Positions 48,948 to 58,559 are shown, numbered from the stretch's first letter. The stretch: DNA of 64,000 bases from Nostoc sp. DedSLP01 (GCA_034530875.2 JAVRCJ020000019.1:96001-160000), one strand, 5' to 3'. Numbers and translations: made by a program. The notes: generated from the letters alone by a model not told the origin.

Positions 48948-49385
48948 TTATTGCAGCAAAGGAACTGTGCCGTTACCGTTAGTTGATGCATTGGCAATTA
49001 CAGCTTGAGCAGGTTGGGTAGCAAGAACCGTTGTAACTGGAGTAACTTTTGAAGTAGATTTTTTAGTTCGTTTTCGAGTAGAACCGCCAGCCTTGGAATA
49101 CTCCATACTTTTTTTGCCGTAGACAGTTGCAACTCCAGTTAGCATTCGTTCAGACATTTCGGAGAGAGCTTCCTCGTTCTGAGCAACTGTTTTACGCGAT
49201 TCTTCAAGATTGGACAAAAGGGTGTTATGAGCTTCTACGCTCGCACGGGTACTATTGATTAGGTTGTTGTAGGCTTCAATACTTAACCCATGTCCTAAAT
49301 TCAGATTTTCATCAATGGATTTAAGCGAGGCGAGACGACGTTGAGCTTTATCAACAGTAGCAGAACCACGAGTTCTTAAAGACAT
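48948..49385 (-). CDS. Hypothetical coiled-coil protein with a basic C-terminal segment
   Basis: 145 aa, helical heptads, VATVYGKKSMEYSKAGG followed by RKRTKK; RBS AAGGA upstream. Confidence 0.75.
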   Translation of the reverse strand: MSLRTRGSATVDKAQRRLASLKSIDENLNLGHGLSIEAYNNLINSTRASVEAHNTLLSNLEESRKTVAQNEEALSEMSERMLTGVATVYGKKSMEYSKAGGSTRKRTKKSTSKVTPVTTVLATQPAQAVIANASTNGNGTVPLLQ

Positions 49386-49569
49386 GAGATATCCTTTTTT
49401 GATAATCCTTTTTCAAAATAGTGGAGTATCCTTTTGTCTGAGATGGGTAGTTTTGGGGATTTATTTCATTAAAAGTTCAACGAAATAATTACTAAGTAGC
49501 CTGTGTTTTTACTCATTTTTCATATCAATTTTTTGTTTGAGAATAAGTGCAATCCGCAAAAGTAATCAC

Positions 49570-49813
49570 CAAAATCAAAATTGCAGTCGCAAAATTATAA
49601 AAACGACCGCCAAAATCAAAATTGCAGTCGCAAAATTATAAAAACGACCGCCAAAATCAAAATTGCAGTCGCAAAATTATAAAAACGACCGCCAAAATCA
49701 TAAATGCAGTCGCAAAATTATAAAAACGACCGCCAAAATCAAAATTGCAGTCGCAAAATCATAAATGCGACTGCTGAAATCGAAATTGCGATCGCAAAAG
49801 CTATAAATGCGAC
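49570..49813. repeat. 41-bp tandem repeat array (alternating 20/21-bp subunits), about 6 units
   Basis: Unit CAAAATCAAAATTGCAGTCGCAAAATTATAAAAACGACCGC starts at 49570, 49611, 49652, 49693 and 49734, then degenerates. Confidence 0.95.
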
Positions 49814-49851
49814 TAAGGGGAAACTAGAACATCTAATTCTCTCCCTTTTAT

Positions 49852-50657
49852 AAGGCTACGGTGTAGACACAAGTTATCGAATTACCCCTCCCTAACCCTC
49901 CCCTTGTAAAGAGGAGGGAACTAGATCTTCTTTTTTCCCCCCTCTTTACAAAAAGAGGATTAAGAGGGAAGGGAACTAGATCTTCTTTTTTCCCCCTCCT
50001 TTACGAAAAGGCATTAAGAAGGGAGGGAACTAGATTTCTCTTTTTCCCCCCTTTACAAGGGGGGATTAAGGGGGGTAATCCAACTTGGGTGTACACGATA
50101 GCCTTTATCAGAGGAAGGTTCGGGTGAGGTAACTTCCCTCAACCTAGAAATAACTTCCCTAATTTTCTCCACCACGCCATCAATATCTTGATAAACCTCT
50201 TGATTTGTAAATCTCAAAAATCTCGTACCCTTTGATTCCAAAAATGCTTGCCTTTCGCGGTCATATTCTGGAACTCCATCTTCATAGTGACTATCACCAT
50301 CAATTTCTATGGCAAGTCTCAATTCCGAAGAATAAAAATCCACTACAAATTTGTCAATACTGTATTGTCTGCGAAATTTACAGCTTTCAACTTGTTGATT
50401 TCTAAGTTTTGCCCAAACTATTTTTTCACATAGCGGCATATTGTTTCTGAGAGTTTGCCGTTTTTGCTTTTCTGAGGTTTGGTTATACAGTTTTGTCATC
50501 AGTGTTTTCATATTCCTGGATTGTGTTTATTATTCCCAGGATTACCCCCCTTAATCCCCCCTTGGAAAGGGGGGAAAAAGAGATTTTGTTCCCTCCCCTT
50601 TACAAGGGGAGGGCTAGGGAGGGGTAATTCGATAACTTGCGCCTACACCGTAGCCTT
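49852..50657. mobile_element. DUF559 gene bracketed by 70-bp inverted repeats (element B family)
   Basis: 49852-49921 versus the reverse complement of 50588-50657: 66/70 identical by eye. Confidence 0.7.
50053..50499 (-). CDS. DUF559 (Vsr-like) endonuclease domain protein
   Basis: RQTLRNNMPLCEKIVWAKLR, KFRRQYSIDKFVVDFY, LAIEIDGDSH, YDRERQAFLESKG.RFLRFTN; C-terminus runs into a repeat. Confidence 0.9.
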   Translation of the reverse strand: MTKLYNQTSEKQKRQTLRNNMPLCEKIVWAKLRNQQVESCKFRRQYSIDKFVVDFYSSELRLAIEIDGDSHYEDGVPEYDRERQAFLESKGTRFLRFTNQEVYQDIDGVVEKIREVISRLREVTSPEPSSDKGYRVHPSWITPLNPPL

Positions 50658-50755
50658 TTTAAAGAGCATCTAAAACTTTTTACCCCCTAATTTTTCAGAA
50701 ATTGAGGATAATACTGTTGAAGCTTCATCAAGATGCATCTAACTCACACCTGCTC

Positions 50756-53700
50756 ATGAACGAACAGCGTCTACAGGCTTATTATCAGCTAATTCAAAAC
50801 CTGCTCAGTTGCCCCAGCGGGGAAGAACCAGAGATATTAGCAGCAAATACAGAATTGCTAGATGCTGACTTTGTGCAGGTTGTAGCAGCAGTAGCAGATG
50901 ATTTTGCACAGCAGGGAGAAGAAAATGCTGCAAACTGGTTGAGAAACCTAGCAACACAACTTACCCCACAAACTACTCCCATCACCCAAGAAAATATAGA
51001 GACTTACGGGCAATTTTTACTAGAAATACTGCAAGCAACAGTAGACAGCAACGGCGATGCTCAAGTAATTTACCCATTACTGGCAGCAAATACCGATAAA
51101 CTCAATGATATTTTTGCTCAATTATTGGGCCGTTGGGCAAAAAATACCTTAGCAAAAGTGGAACCAGATGCAGCAACATCCATCGCCGCAGTGATTGGTA
51201 ATTTTAGTAATCTGATTCAGCAGTTCCCCTTGGGTAGCAAAGCCAGCAACATGGAAATTGCCATCGTTGGCTACGAAATCGCCCTCACTGTTTACACCAA
51301 GAGCGCCTTTCCTGTAGATTGGGCAACGACGCAAAATAATCTGGGGAATGCTTACGCTGACAGAATATTAGGAAACAAAGCCGAAAATATTGAAAATGCG
51401 ATCGCTGCATTTACTGCGGCTCTGGAAGTAAGAACCAAGAGCGCCTTTTCTGTAAATTGGGCAACGACGCAAAATAATCTGGGGAATGCTTACCGTAACA
51501 CAATATTAGGAAACAGAGCCGAGAATCTTGAAAGTGCGATCGCTGCTTATACTGCGGCACTGGAAGTTTATACTAAGAGCGCCTTTCCCGAACAATGGGC
51601 AACGACGCAAAATAATTTGGGGCTTGCTTACACTGACAGAATATTAGGAAACAGAGCCGAGAATCTTGAAAATGCGATTGCTGCTTTTACTGCCGCACTC
51701 GAAGTTAGAACCCGCAGCGCCTTTCCTGTAGATTGGGCAACCACACAAAATAATCTAGCAATTGCTTATATTAACAGGATATTGGGCGCTCAAGCAGAAA
51801 ATATAGAAAAAGCGATCGCTGCTTTTTCTAGAGCCTTGAATGTTTACACTCGCACTGCTTTTCCTCAAAATTGGGCAACGACATTAATTAATTTAGGGAA
51901 TGCTTACCTTAAGCGAATATTGGGTGATAAGACAGGGAATATAGAACAAGCAATTACGAATTACTCTTCTGCTTTAGAAATTCTTACCTATAATGCTTTT
52001 CCCCTAGATTGGGCAACAACGCAAAATAATTTAGGCAATGCTTATCTAGACAGAATTAAGGATGATAGAGCAAATAATATAGAACAAGCAATTGTTGCTT
52101 ATACTGCTGTACTAACAGTTTATACCCGCAGTGCTTTTCCCCTAGATTGGGCAACGACACAAAATAATTTGGGAACTGCTTACAGTAGAAGAATCGAGGG
52201 TAATAGAACAGAGAATCTGGAAAAGGCAATTGCTGCTTATAGAGCAGCACTAGAAGTATATACACCCAGCGCCTTCCCTCAAGATTGGGCAACGACACAA
52301 AATAATTTGGGAATTGCTTACTCTAATAGAATACTAGGTGAGCGAGCTGATAACCTGGAAAGGGCAATTGCTGCTTATACTGCTGCATTAAAAGTTTATA
52401 CTCGCAGTGCTTTTCCCCTAGATTGGGCAACAACACTAATTAATTTAGGCAATGCTTACCTTGACCGAATATTAGGTGATAAAGCAGAAAATATAGAACA
52501 AGCAATTGCAGCTTACACCACTGCACAAGAAGTTTATACCCAAAATGCTTTTCCTAAACAATGGGCAACGACGCAAAATAATCTGGAGATTGCTTATGGT
52601 TATAGAGTTACTGACAAAATAGAAAGTAGAGAACAGAAAATCGCAGTTTATATTTCCCGAACAGAAGCTTTATTCAATATCGGCAATACTTACCAAAATG
52701 TTGCAGAATTTGATTTAGCATATACAACATACGAGTCGGCAATTATAACTTTTGAATATGTCCGTGAAAGTCTTATCGATGATGAGGTAATAAAACGTAA
52801 TTTATCAGAAAACTGGAGCAAGCTTTATCAAAATATGGTAGAAGTTTGTCTTCATCAGGGAGAATATACTAAAGCAATAGAATATATTGAACGCAGCAAA
52901 ACTCGCAATTTAGTAGAACTCTTAGCGAAAGCAACATTAACAAGTCCAGAAAATTCACGTTTAGTTGGTAGCAGGATCGAATTTTCAGAAATTCAAAACC
53001 TCTTAGATAATAAAACTGCAATCATTCAATGGTACATCTTTAATGATTGTTTTCGCGCTTTCATCATGAGCCATGAAAACAACAAGCCAGCCATTTGGCA
53101 TTCTAGCGAACAAGATTTAGATGCCTTAATCGATTGGAGAGATGAATATCTACGCGACTACTACAACCCGGAAGACCAAAATAAAATTCAATGGCAAAAT
53201 CAGCTAGAACAACGCCTAAAAAATTTAGCAGAAATTCTGCATCTTGAGGAAGTTTTAGACCTAGTACCCAAACAACGCAAAAGATTAATCCTGATTCCTC
53301 ATCGCTACTTACACCTGTTTCCTCTCCATGCTTTACCTGTCAAGGAATCATACCTCATTGACTTATTCCCCAACGGCGTAGGCTATGCACCCAGTTGTCA
53401 ACTTTTGCAACAAATCCAACTGCGTCAACGTCCTGATTTTCAATCTTTCTTTGCCATCCAAAATCCTACAAAAGATTTATATCAAGACTATGAGAAAGAT
53501 TTAGGAGCAGTTGCAGCTATTAAAAAACAGTTTACCGAACGTCAGATTTTGAAGCAAGACGAAGCCAAAAAATCAGCAATTCTCTGTATTAATGAAAATC
53601 CTGACAATGTTATGCTATATGAAAAATTGCTGAAAGCTAACTGTGCGTTTTTCTTCTGTCATGGATACTTTAACTTTGCTTCTCCGCAAGATTCTGGTTT

Positions 53701-54169
53701 AAAGTTAGCTGATGGCAACCTGACTTTAGCAGATATAATTACTCACTTCAAACTAGAAAACTGTCGCCTAGTTACTCTCTCTGCTTGCGAAACTGGTTTG
53801 ACTGACTTCACAAGCACTAGTGATGAATACATTGGTTTACCCAGTGGATTTTTGTTAGCTGGTAGCACCAATGTAGTCAGTAGCCTTTGGACAGTCAGTG
53901 CTACAGCTACAGCTTTATTAATGATTAAATTTTACGAAGAACTCCAGCAGGAAATTAATATTGTATTAGCTTTAAATACAGCACAACGTTGGTTAAGAGA
54001 TACAACAGTCAAAGGCTTTCAAGATTGGCTGAGTAACTCCTCACTTAGTTTAGTTTGGCAAGCACAACTCAATCAATACTTTGCTGCTAATTATGAAAAT
54101 ACCTCAATCAAACCTTTTGAATCACCTTTTTATTGGGCTGCTTTTTGCAACATAGGTAAAGGAGTTTAG
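50756..54169 (+). CDS. TPR-repeat CHAT-domain (caspase/separase-like) protease
   Basis: Ten 46-aa repeats WATTQNNLGxAY; ERSKTRNLVELL; LIPHRYLHLFPLHAL; catalytic FCHG and LSACETG; SSLWTV; PFYWAAF. Confidence 0.92.
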   Translation: MNEQRLQAYYQLIQNLLSCPSGEEPEILAANTELLDADFVQVVAAVADDFAQQGEENAANWLRNLATQLTPQTTPITQENIETYGQFLLEILQATVDSNGDAQVIYPLLAANTDKLNDIFAQLLGRWAKNTLAKVEPDAATSIAAVIGNFSNLIQQFPLGSKASNMEIAIVGYEIALTVYTKSAFPVDWATTQNNLGNAYADRILGNKAENIENAIAAFTAALEVRTKSAFSVNWATTQNNLGNAYRNTILGNRAENLESAIAAYTAALEVYTKSAFPEQWATTQNNLGLAYTDRILGNRAENLENAIAAFTAALEVRTRSAFPVDWATTQNNLAIAYINRILGAQAENIEKAIAAFSRALNVYTRTAFPQNWATTLINLGNAYLKRILGDKTGNIEQAITNYSSALEILTYNAFPLDWATTQNNLGNAYLDRIKDDRANNIEQAIVAYTAVLTVYTRSAFPLDWATTQNNLGTAYSRRIEGNRTENLEKAIAAYRAALEVYTPSAFPQDWATTQNNLGIAYSNRILGERADNLERAIAAYTAALKVYTRSAFPLDWATTLINLGNAYLDRILGDKAENIEQAIAAYTTAQEVYTQNAFPKQWATTQNNLEIAYGYRVTDKIESREQKIAVYISRTEALFNIGNTYQNVAEFDLAYTTYESAIITFEYVRESLIDDEVIKRNLSENWSKLYQNMVEVCLHQGEYTKAIEYIERSKTRNLVELLAKATLTSPENSRLVGSRIEFSEIQNLLDNKTAIIQWYIFNDCFRAFIMSHENNKPAIWHSSEQDLDALIDWRDEYLRDYYNPEDQNKIQWQNQLEQRLKNLAEILHLEEVLDLVPKQRKRLILIPHRYLHLFPLHALPVKESYLIDLFPNGVGYAPSCQLLQQIQLRQRPDFQSFFAIQNPTKDLYQDYEKDLGAVAAIKKQFTERQILKQDEAKKSAILCINENPDNVMLYEKLLKANCAFFFCHGYFNFASPQDSGLKLADGNLTLADIITHFKLENCRLVTLSACETGLTDFTSTSDEYIGLPSGFLLAGSTNVVSSLWTVSATATALLMIKFYEELQQEINIVLALNTAQRWLRDTTVKGFQDWLSNSSLSLVWQAQLNQYFAANYENTSIKPFESPFYWAAFCNIGKGV
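51320..52600 (+). repeat. 138-bp coding tandem repeats (10 TPR-like units)
   Basis: TGGGCAAC recurs every 138 bp from 51320 to 52562. Confidence 0.9.
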
Positions 54170-54172
54170 AAA

Positions 54173-54547
54173 ATGTCTATTTATAAAAATAGCGTCAAAG
54201 CTTTTAATCAATTGCTTGACTCTCAATCAAAATTGATTTCGACTCCAGACTGGGAGGAATTAGAGAAACTACGTAGTCAGCTACCAGAAGATGATGAGGA
54301 AATCTCAGAAATTATAGAAAATTGGTTGCAACCACAATCCCGCAGTCAACTTCTAGAAGCTTACAAGCAAAACCTACAATCACTCAGTGCGGCATCTCCT
54401 ATTAATATAGATAGAAACATCGGAATAGCTAATAGTAAATCCCAGACTCCAGCCAATCAACCTAGCGAATCATCAAAGGAATTAACAGAAAATGCTATAA
54501 AAAGGAATTCTCCTTTATCTGACAACACGAAACCCGACAAAAAATAG
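54173..54547 (+). CDS. Small hypothetical protein co-transcribed with the CHAT protease
   Basis: Starts 3 bp after the CHAT stop with GGAG RBS; acidic helical N-half and low-complexity polar C-half. Confidence 0.8.
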   Translation: MSIYKNSVKAFNQLLDSQSKLISTPDWEELEKLRSQLPEDDEEISEIIENWLQPQSRSQLLEAYKQNLQSLSAASPINIDRNIGIANSKSQTPANQPSESSKELTENAIKRNSPLSDNTKPDKK

Positions 54548-55932
54548 TGAAGAATTTCAGCCTCAGCCTCTATGCTTTTCATCTTTGCCACACCTTTACT
54601 CAACTTCCCGGTGAAGTTGTGCCAGATGCGAATCTCTTGTGGGAAAATCTGGTGAAAGTGGGAGAAACTTCGCTAACTTTTGTTGACTTGAAAGATTTAC
54701 GCTCAAAATTAATTTGTTATCAAAATAATATATACGACCCGAAGCGCGAACAAGGAAGAAAAACAGAATGGTTAACTGATTCGGGAATTTTAGATTTGGG
54801 TAGTCTTCCCACAACAGAAGGCTTTAAAATTAATGCCAACCTTCAGCCTTTCTTGCTGAACGATACCTACGCCGTTGATTTGACTCTCTTTGCAGAATCA
54901 CCAAACATTTCCATAGATATACCACAACTGCAACACTTTAAACCAAGTTCTCTACTACCATCTCATATTCAAGCATCTTTAGGACAAACATTGTGGATTT
55001 ATGGAGAAGTAGATCCAAATGAAGATTGTGATACACTAGCTAAAAAATTTGCCATAGCGTTAGTAGCAGGGACAAATTTAAATCCTGTAAGAACAGAACA
55101 AGGAGAACTGTTTGGTAGTCTTTTATTTGAATACCAAGCACTCGACCCAAATGAACCAGATAATCTTACTAAACAATGTCATATTTTAATAGTTATTAAT
55201 AATAACCAAGCTGCAACAGGAATGCTAGCAGAATCAGCCTATAACTGGTTGCTCAATTTACTTTGTAGCTACCACAAAATACTTTACATTTATCAACTAG
55301 CTCGTCAACGCTACCGAGAAGCGAGAACAATTTATAGCGAACTAGAAAATAAAATTCAAAAATTTAACAGTTTAGTATCTGAAAATCAAATACAATTATC
55401 TGGTTTAAAAAGCTTAATGGGAAAAATCCCCAAAAAAAGCTTTGATTACGCCAGATGCTTGCAAGATTTACAAACCCATCGCACAGCAATTACTACTAAT
55501 ATCAATAATTACAAAACTTGTTTAGAGAATATTCACAATATTGGTAGTGGAAATAGTCCTCAATCTTGGCAATATTTTATTAATAAAGACTGTAATAAAT
55601 GGCAACAACAAATCCAAACAGATATTAATTATCTAGCTCCAGGTCAAGAATTATTTGTGCAGTTAGTTGATACAATTAGAGGAATAGTAGAAACAGAACA
55701 AGCAGAAAGCGATCGCTCATTAGAAAATACCATCCAAATATTAGGTATAGGCTTTGGCGGTGGTGCGATCGCCTCTGGTATAATCGTCCAACACATCGAC
55801 AAAATTAATCAACCCATAGCTGCGATATCTCCTAAAAACCCTCCTCATCCTTTTTGGGCATCTCTGTTTTTAAGTCTTGTAGCTACATTGTTGTTTATCG
55901 CTTTGGGTTGGTGGATAACTAAACGGAGATAG
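54547..55932 (+). CDS. Hypothetical protein with a long coiled-coil and two C-terminal TM segments (CorA-like architecture)
   Basis: GTG overlaps the previous TAG; hydrophobic ILGIGFGGGAIASGIIV and FWASLFLSLVATLLFIALGWWI, ending KRR. Confidence 0.8.
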   Translation: MKNFSLSLYAFHLCHTFTQLPGEVVPDANLLWENLVKVGETSLTFVDLKDLRSKLICYQNNIYDPKREQGRKTEWLTDSGILDLGSLPTTEGFKINANLQPFLLNDTYAVDLTLFAESPNISIDIPQLQHFKPSSLLPSHIQASLGQTLWIYGEVDPNEDCDTLAKKFAIALVAGTNLNPVRTEQGELFGSLLFEYQALDPNEPDNLTKQCHILIVINNNQAATGMLAESAYNWLLNLLCSYHKILYIYQLARQRYREARTIYSELENKIQKFNSLVSENQIQLSGLKSLMGKIPKKSFDYARCLQDLQTHRTAITTNINNYKTCLENIHNIGSGNSPQSWQYFINKDCNKWQQQIQTDINYLAPGQELFVQLVDTIRGIVETEQAESDRSLENTIQILGIGFGGGAIASGIIVQHIDKINQPIAAISPKNPPHPFWASLFLSLVATLLFIALGWWITKRR

Positions 55933-56041
55933 AGATGTTTTTTGAAGAAGACGGCAACAAAATTGTTCAATCTCTCGCCAAGTTCGTAGCCAGTGAAGGT
56001 ATTGTAATAAAAGCGATTCCTGGATAAGACAAAAAATTTAT

Positions 56042-57235
56042 ATGACCTCAGTTTCTCCTCACAAAAAAGCTAAAGCCCTCAAACCTACTAGCCGTCGCCC
56101 TGCTAAAGAACTTTGTAGCGAGTGCGGACTGTGCGATACATATTATATTCATTATGTCAAGGAAGCCTGCGCTTTTATTAATCAGCAAATAGGCGAACTT
56201 GAAGAACAAGCGCATAGGCGATCGCGCAATCTCGACAACCCTGATGAGCTATACTTTGGTGTCCATCAAGACATGATGGCAGCGCGAAAACAGCAACCAA
56301 TAGCAGGCGCACAATGGACAGGAATTGTTAGCAGCATTGCCATTGAAATGCTCAATCGCGGCTTAGTTGAAGGTGTTGTCTGCGTCCAAAACACCAAAGA
56401 AGACCGCTTTCAACCCATGCCCATCATCGCCCGCACCCCAGAAGAAATACTTGCAGCAAGAGTAAATAAACCAACACTTTCGCCTAATCTTTCTGTATTG
56501 GAACAAATAGAAAAATCGGGACTGAAGCGGCTATTAGTAATTGGTGTTGGTTGCCAAATTCAAGCATTACGAGCTGTAGAAAAACAACTGGGTTTGGAAA
56601 AGCTGTATGTTTTGGGTACGCCTTGTGTAGATAATGTTAACCGTGCTGGACTACAAAAATTCTTAGAAACTACTAGCCGATCGCCACAGACAGTTGTACA
56701 TTACGAATTCATGCAAGACTTTCGGGTTCACTTCAAACATGAAGATGGCTCAACAGAAACCGTACCATTCTTTGGCTTGAAGACTAATAAACTCAAAGAT
56801 GTTTTTGCCCCATCTTGTATGAGTTGCTTTGATTACGTCAATTCCCTAGCAGATTTAGTCGTCGGCTACATGGGCGCACCCTTCGGTTGGCAGTGGATTG
56901 TAGTTAGAAATGACACTGGTAAGGAAATGCTCGATTTGGTGAAAGACCAGTTAGATACGCAGCCAGTGATGTCGAAAGGGAATCGTAAGGAAGCTGTACA
57001 GCAAAGCATTCCTGCTTACGATAAAGGGGTGACTCTGCCGATGTGGGCTGCAAAGCTTATGGGTGTGGTAATTGAGAAAATCGGCCCTAAGGGTTTGGAA
57101 TATGCGCGGTTTTCTATTGATTCGCACTTTACTCGGAATTATTTGTATGTGAAGCGGAATCATCCAGAGAAATTAGAGGAGCATGTTCCGGAGTATGCTA
57201 AGCGTATTGTTGGGCAGTATGAGTTGCCTGAGTAA
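56042..57235 (+). CDS. bciB: Ferredoxin-dependent 8-vinyl (divinyl chlorophyllide) reductase, F420 hydrogenase beta family
   Basis: PAKELCSECGLCDT, GAQWTGIVS, GTPCVDN, EFMQDFRVHFKH, SCMSCFDYVN. Confidence 0.88.
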   Translation: MTSVSPHKKAKALKPTSRRPAKELCSECGLCDTYYIHYVKEACAFINQQIGELEEQAHRRSRNLDNPDELYFGVHQDMMAARKQQPIAGAQWTGIVSSIAIEMLNRGLVEGVVCVQNTKEDRFQPMPIIARTPEEILAARVNKPTLSPNLSVLEQIEKSGLKRLLVIGVGCQIQALRAVEKQLGLEKLYVLGTPCVDNVNRAGLQKFLETTSRSPQTVVHYEFMQDFRVHFKHEDGSTETVPFFGLKTNKLKDVFAPSCMSCFDYVNSLADLVVGYMGAPFGWQWIVVRNDTGKEMLDLVKDQLDTQPVMSKGNRKEAVQQSIPAYDKGVTLPMWAAKLMGVVIEKIGPKGLEYARFSIDSHFTRNYLYVKRNHPEKLEEHVPEYAKRIVGQYELPE

Positions 57236-57251
57236 TCTCACGCACGGACAC

Positions 57252-57282
57252 TGTAGAGACGTAGCACTGCTACGTCTCTACA
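57252..57282. repeat. REP-like perfect hairpin between convergent genes
   Basis: tgtagagacgtagca-c-tgctacgtctctaca. Confidence 0.7.
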
Positions 57283-57320
57283 AGGATTTCGGGTAACGCA
57301 GAATTCATTTCTAGAGATAT

Positions 57321-58559
57321 CTAACCCTGACCCACCCCTCCCACAGCATCGATCGCTGCCTTCAATGCGATCGCCACATGAGTCCAATGAGTCCCCCCCT
57401 GGCAATAAACCACATACGGTTCCCTTAAAGGCCCGTCTGCCGACAATTCCAAAGTACTCCCCTCAATAAACGTCCCCCCAGCCATCACCACCTCGCTCTC
57501 ATACCCCGGAATTTCATCTGGAATGGGGTCTAAGTAGGAACCGATAGGAGAATACTGTTGTATGGCTTTACAGAAAGCAATTAACTTTTTGGCAGAACCC
57601 AGTTTAATTGCCTGAATCACATCTCCACGCGGCGCTAACGGCGGCGGATTCACCGGGTAACCGAGTTTATCAAATACATAACCAGTTAAGTATGTTCCTT
57701 TCATCGCCTCCCCCACCATCTGCGGTGCGAGAAATAGCCCTTGAAACAACAAACGATTTTGGTCAAAAGTAGCACCGCCATAACTACCAATACCGGGAGC
57801 AGTCAGGCGACAAGCGGCGGCTTCCACCAAGTCGGCGCGACCGGCGACATAACCACCAGCAACGACAATTGTGCCACCAGGATTTTTAATCAACGACCCC
57901 GCCATTAAATCGGCACCTACGGCTGTGGGTTCCTTGGTTTCGATAAATTCGCCGTAACAGTTATCTACAAAACAAATTGTGTTGGGGTTTTGCTGTTTAA
58001 CTATATGGATGATTTTTTCAATATCAGCAATTGATAAACTCGGTCGCCAAGAATAGCCACAAGAGCGCTGAATTGTGATTAAACGAGTTTTGTCAAGCAC
58101 TGCATGGCTTAAAGCTTCCCAATCCACCCCTCCTTCTGGGGTTAGCTCCAATTGGCGGTATTTTATGCCAAACTCAATAAGGGAACCTTGACCGTGACCC
58201 CGCAAACCAATCACTTCTTCAAGTGTATCGTAGGGAGAACCAACTACTGATAACATCTCATCTCCAGGACGGAGTACCCCAAACAAAGCGCAAGCGATCG
58301 CATGAGTTCCCGAAACAAACTGCACTCGCACTGCTGCTGCTTCGGAACCCATAACTTCGGCAAAAACTTTATCTAAAGTTTCTCGCCCTAAATCATCGTG
58401 CCCATAACCGCTGACACCAGCAAAATGGTGTGCGCCGACACGGTGATTGCGAAAGGCATCCAGCACTCGTTTGAGATTATGCTTGACCTGAGCGTCAATT
58501 TTAGAAAAAATTTCTAACAGTGCGTGTTCTGCTTGCCGCAGCTGTTCAAAGCTGTTCAT
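57321..58559 (-). CDS. YnbB / aluminium-resistance family PLP enzyme (methionine gamma-lyase-like)
   Basis: GYGHDDLGRE, FVSGTHAI, QRSCGY, DNCYGEF, GSLIKNPGG, MAGGTFIEGST. Confidence 0.9.
   Translation of the reverse strand: MNSFEQLRQAEHALLEIFSKIDAQVKHNLKRVLDAFRNHRVGAHHFAGVSGYGHDDLGRETLDKVFAEVMGSEAAAVRVQFVSGTHAIACALFGVLRPGDEMLSVVGSPYDTLEEVIGLRGHGQGSLIEFGIKYRQLELTPEGGVDWEALSHAVLDKTRLITIQRSCGYSWRPSLSIADIEKIIHIVKQQNPNTICFVDNCYGEFIETKEPTAVGADLMAGSLIKNPGGTIVVAGGYVAGRADLVEAAACRLTAPGIGSYGGATFDQNRLLFQGLFLAPQMVGEAMKGTYLTGYVFDKLGYPVNPPPLAPRGDVIQAIKLGSAKKLIAFCKAIQQYSPIGSYLDPIPDEIPGYESEVVMAGGTFIEGSTLELSADGPLREPYVVYCQGGTHWTHVAIALKAAIDAVGGVGQG

Noticed and set aside
49570..49813. Possible CRISPR array
   Set aside because: Units are head-to-tail with no unique spacers, and no cas genes are present in the window.
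50756..54169. Diversity-generating retroelement target
   Set aside because: No reverse transcriptase and no adenine-specific TR/VR pair were seen.
54547..55932. Gasdermin or a true CorA Mg transporter
   Set aside because: It has helical C-terminal TM segments, unlike gasdermin, and lacks the CorA GMN signature.
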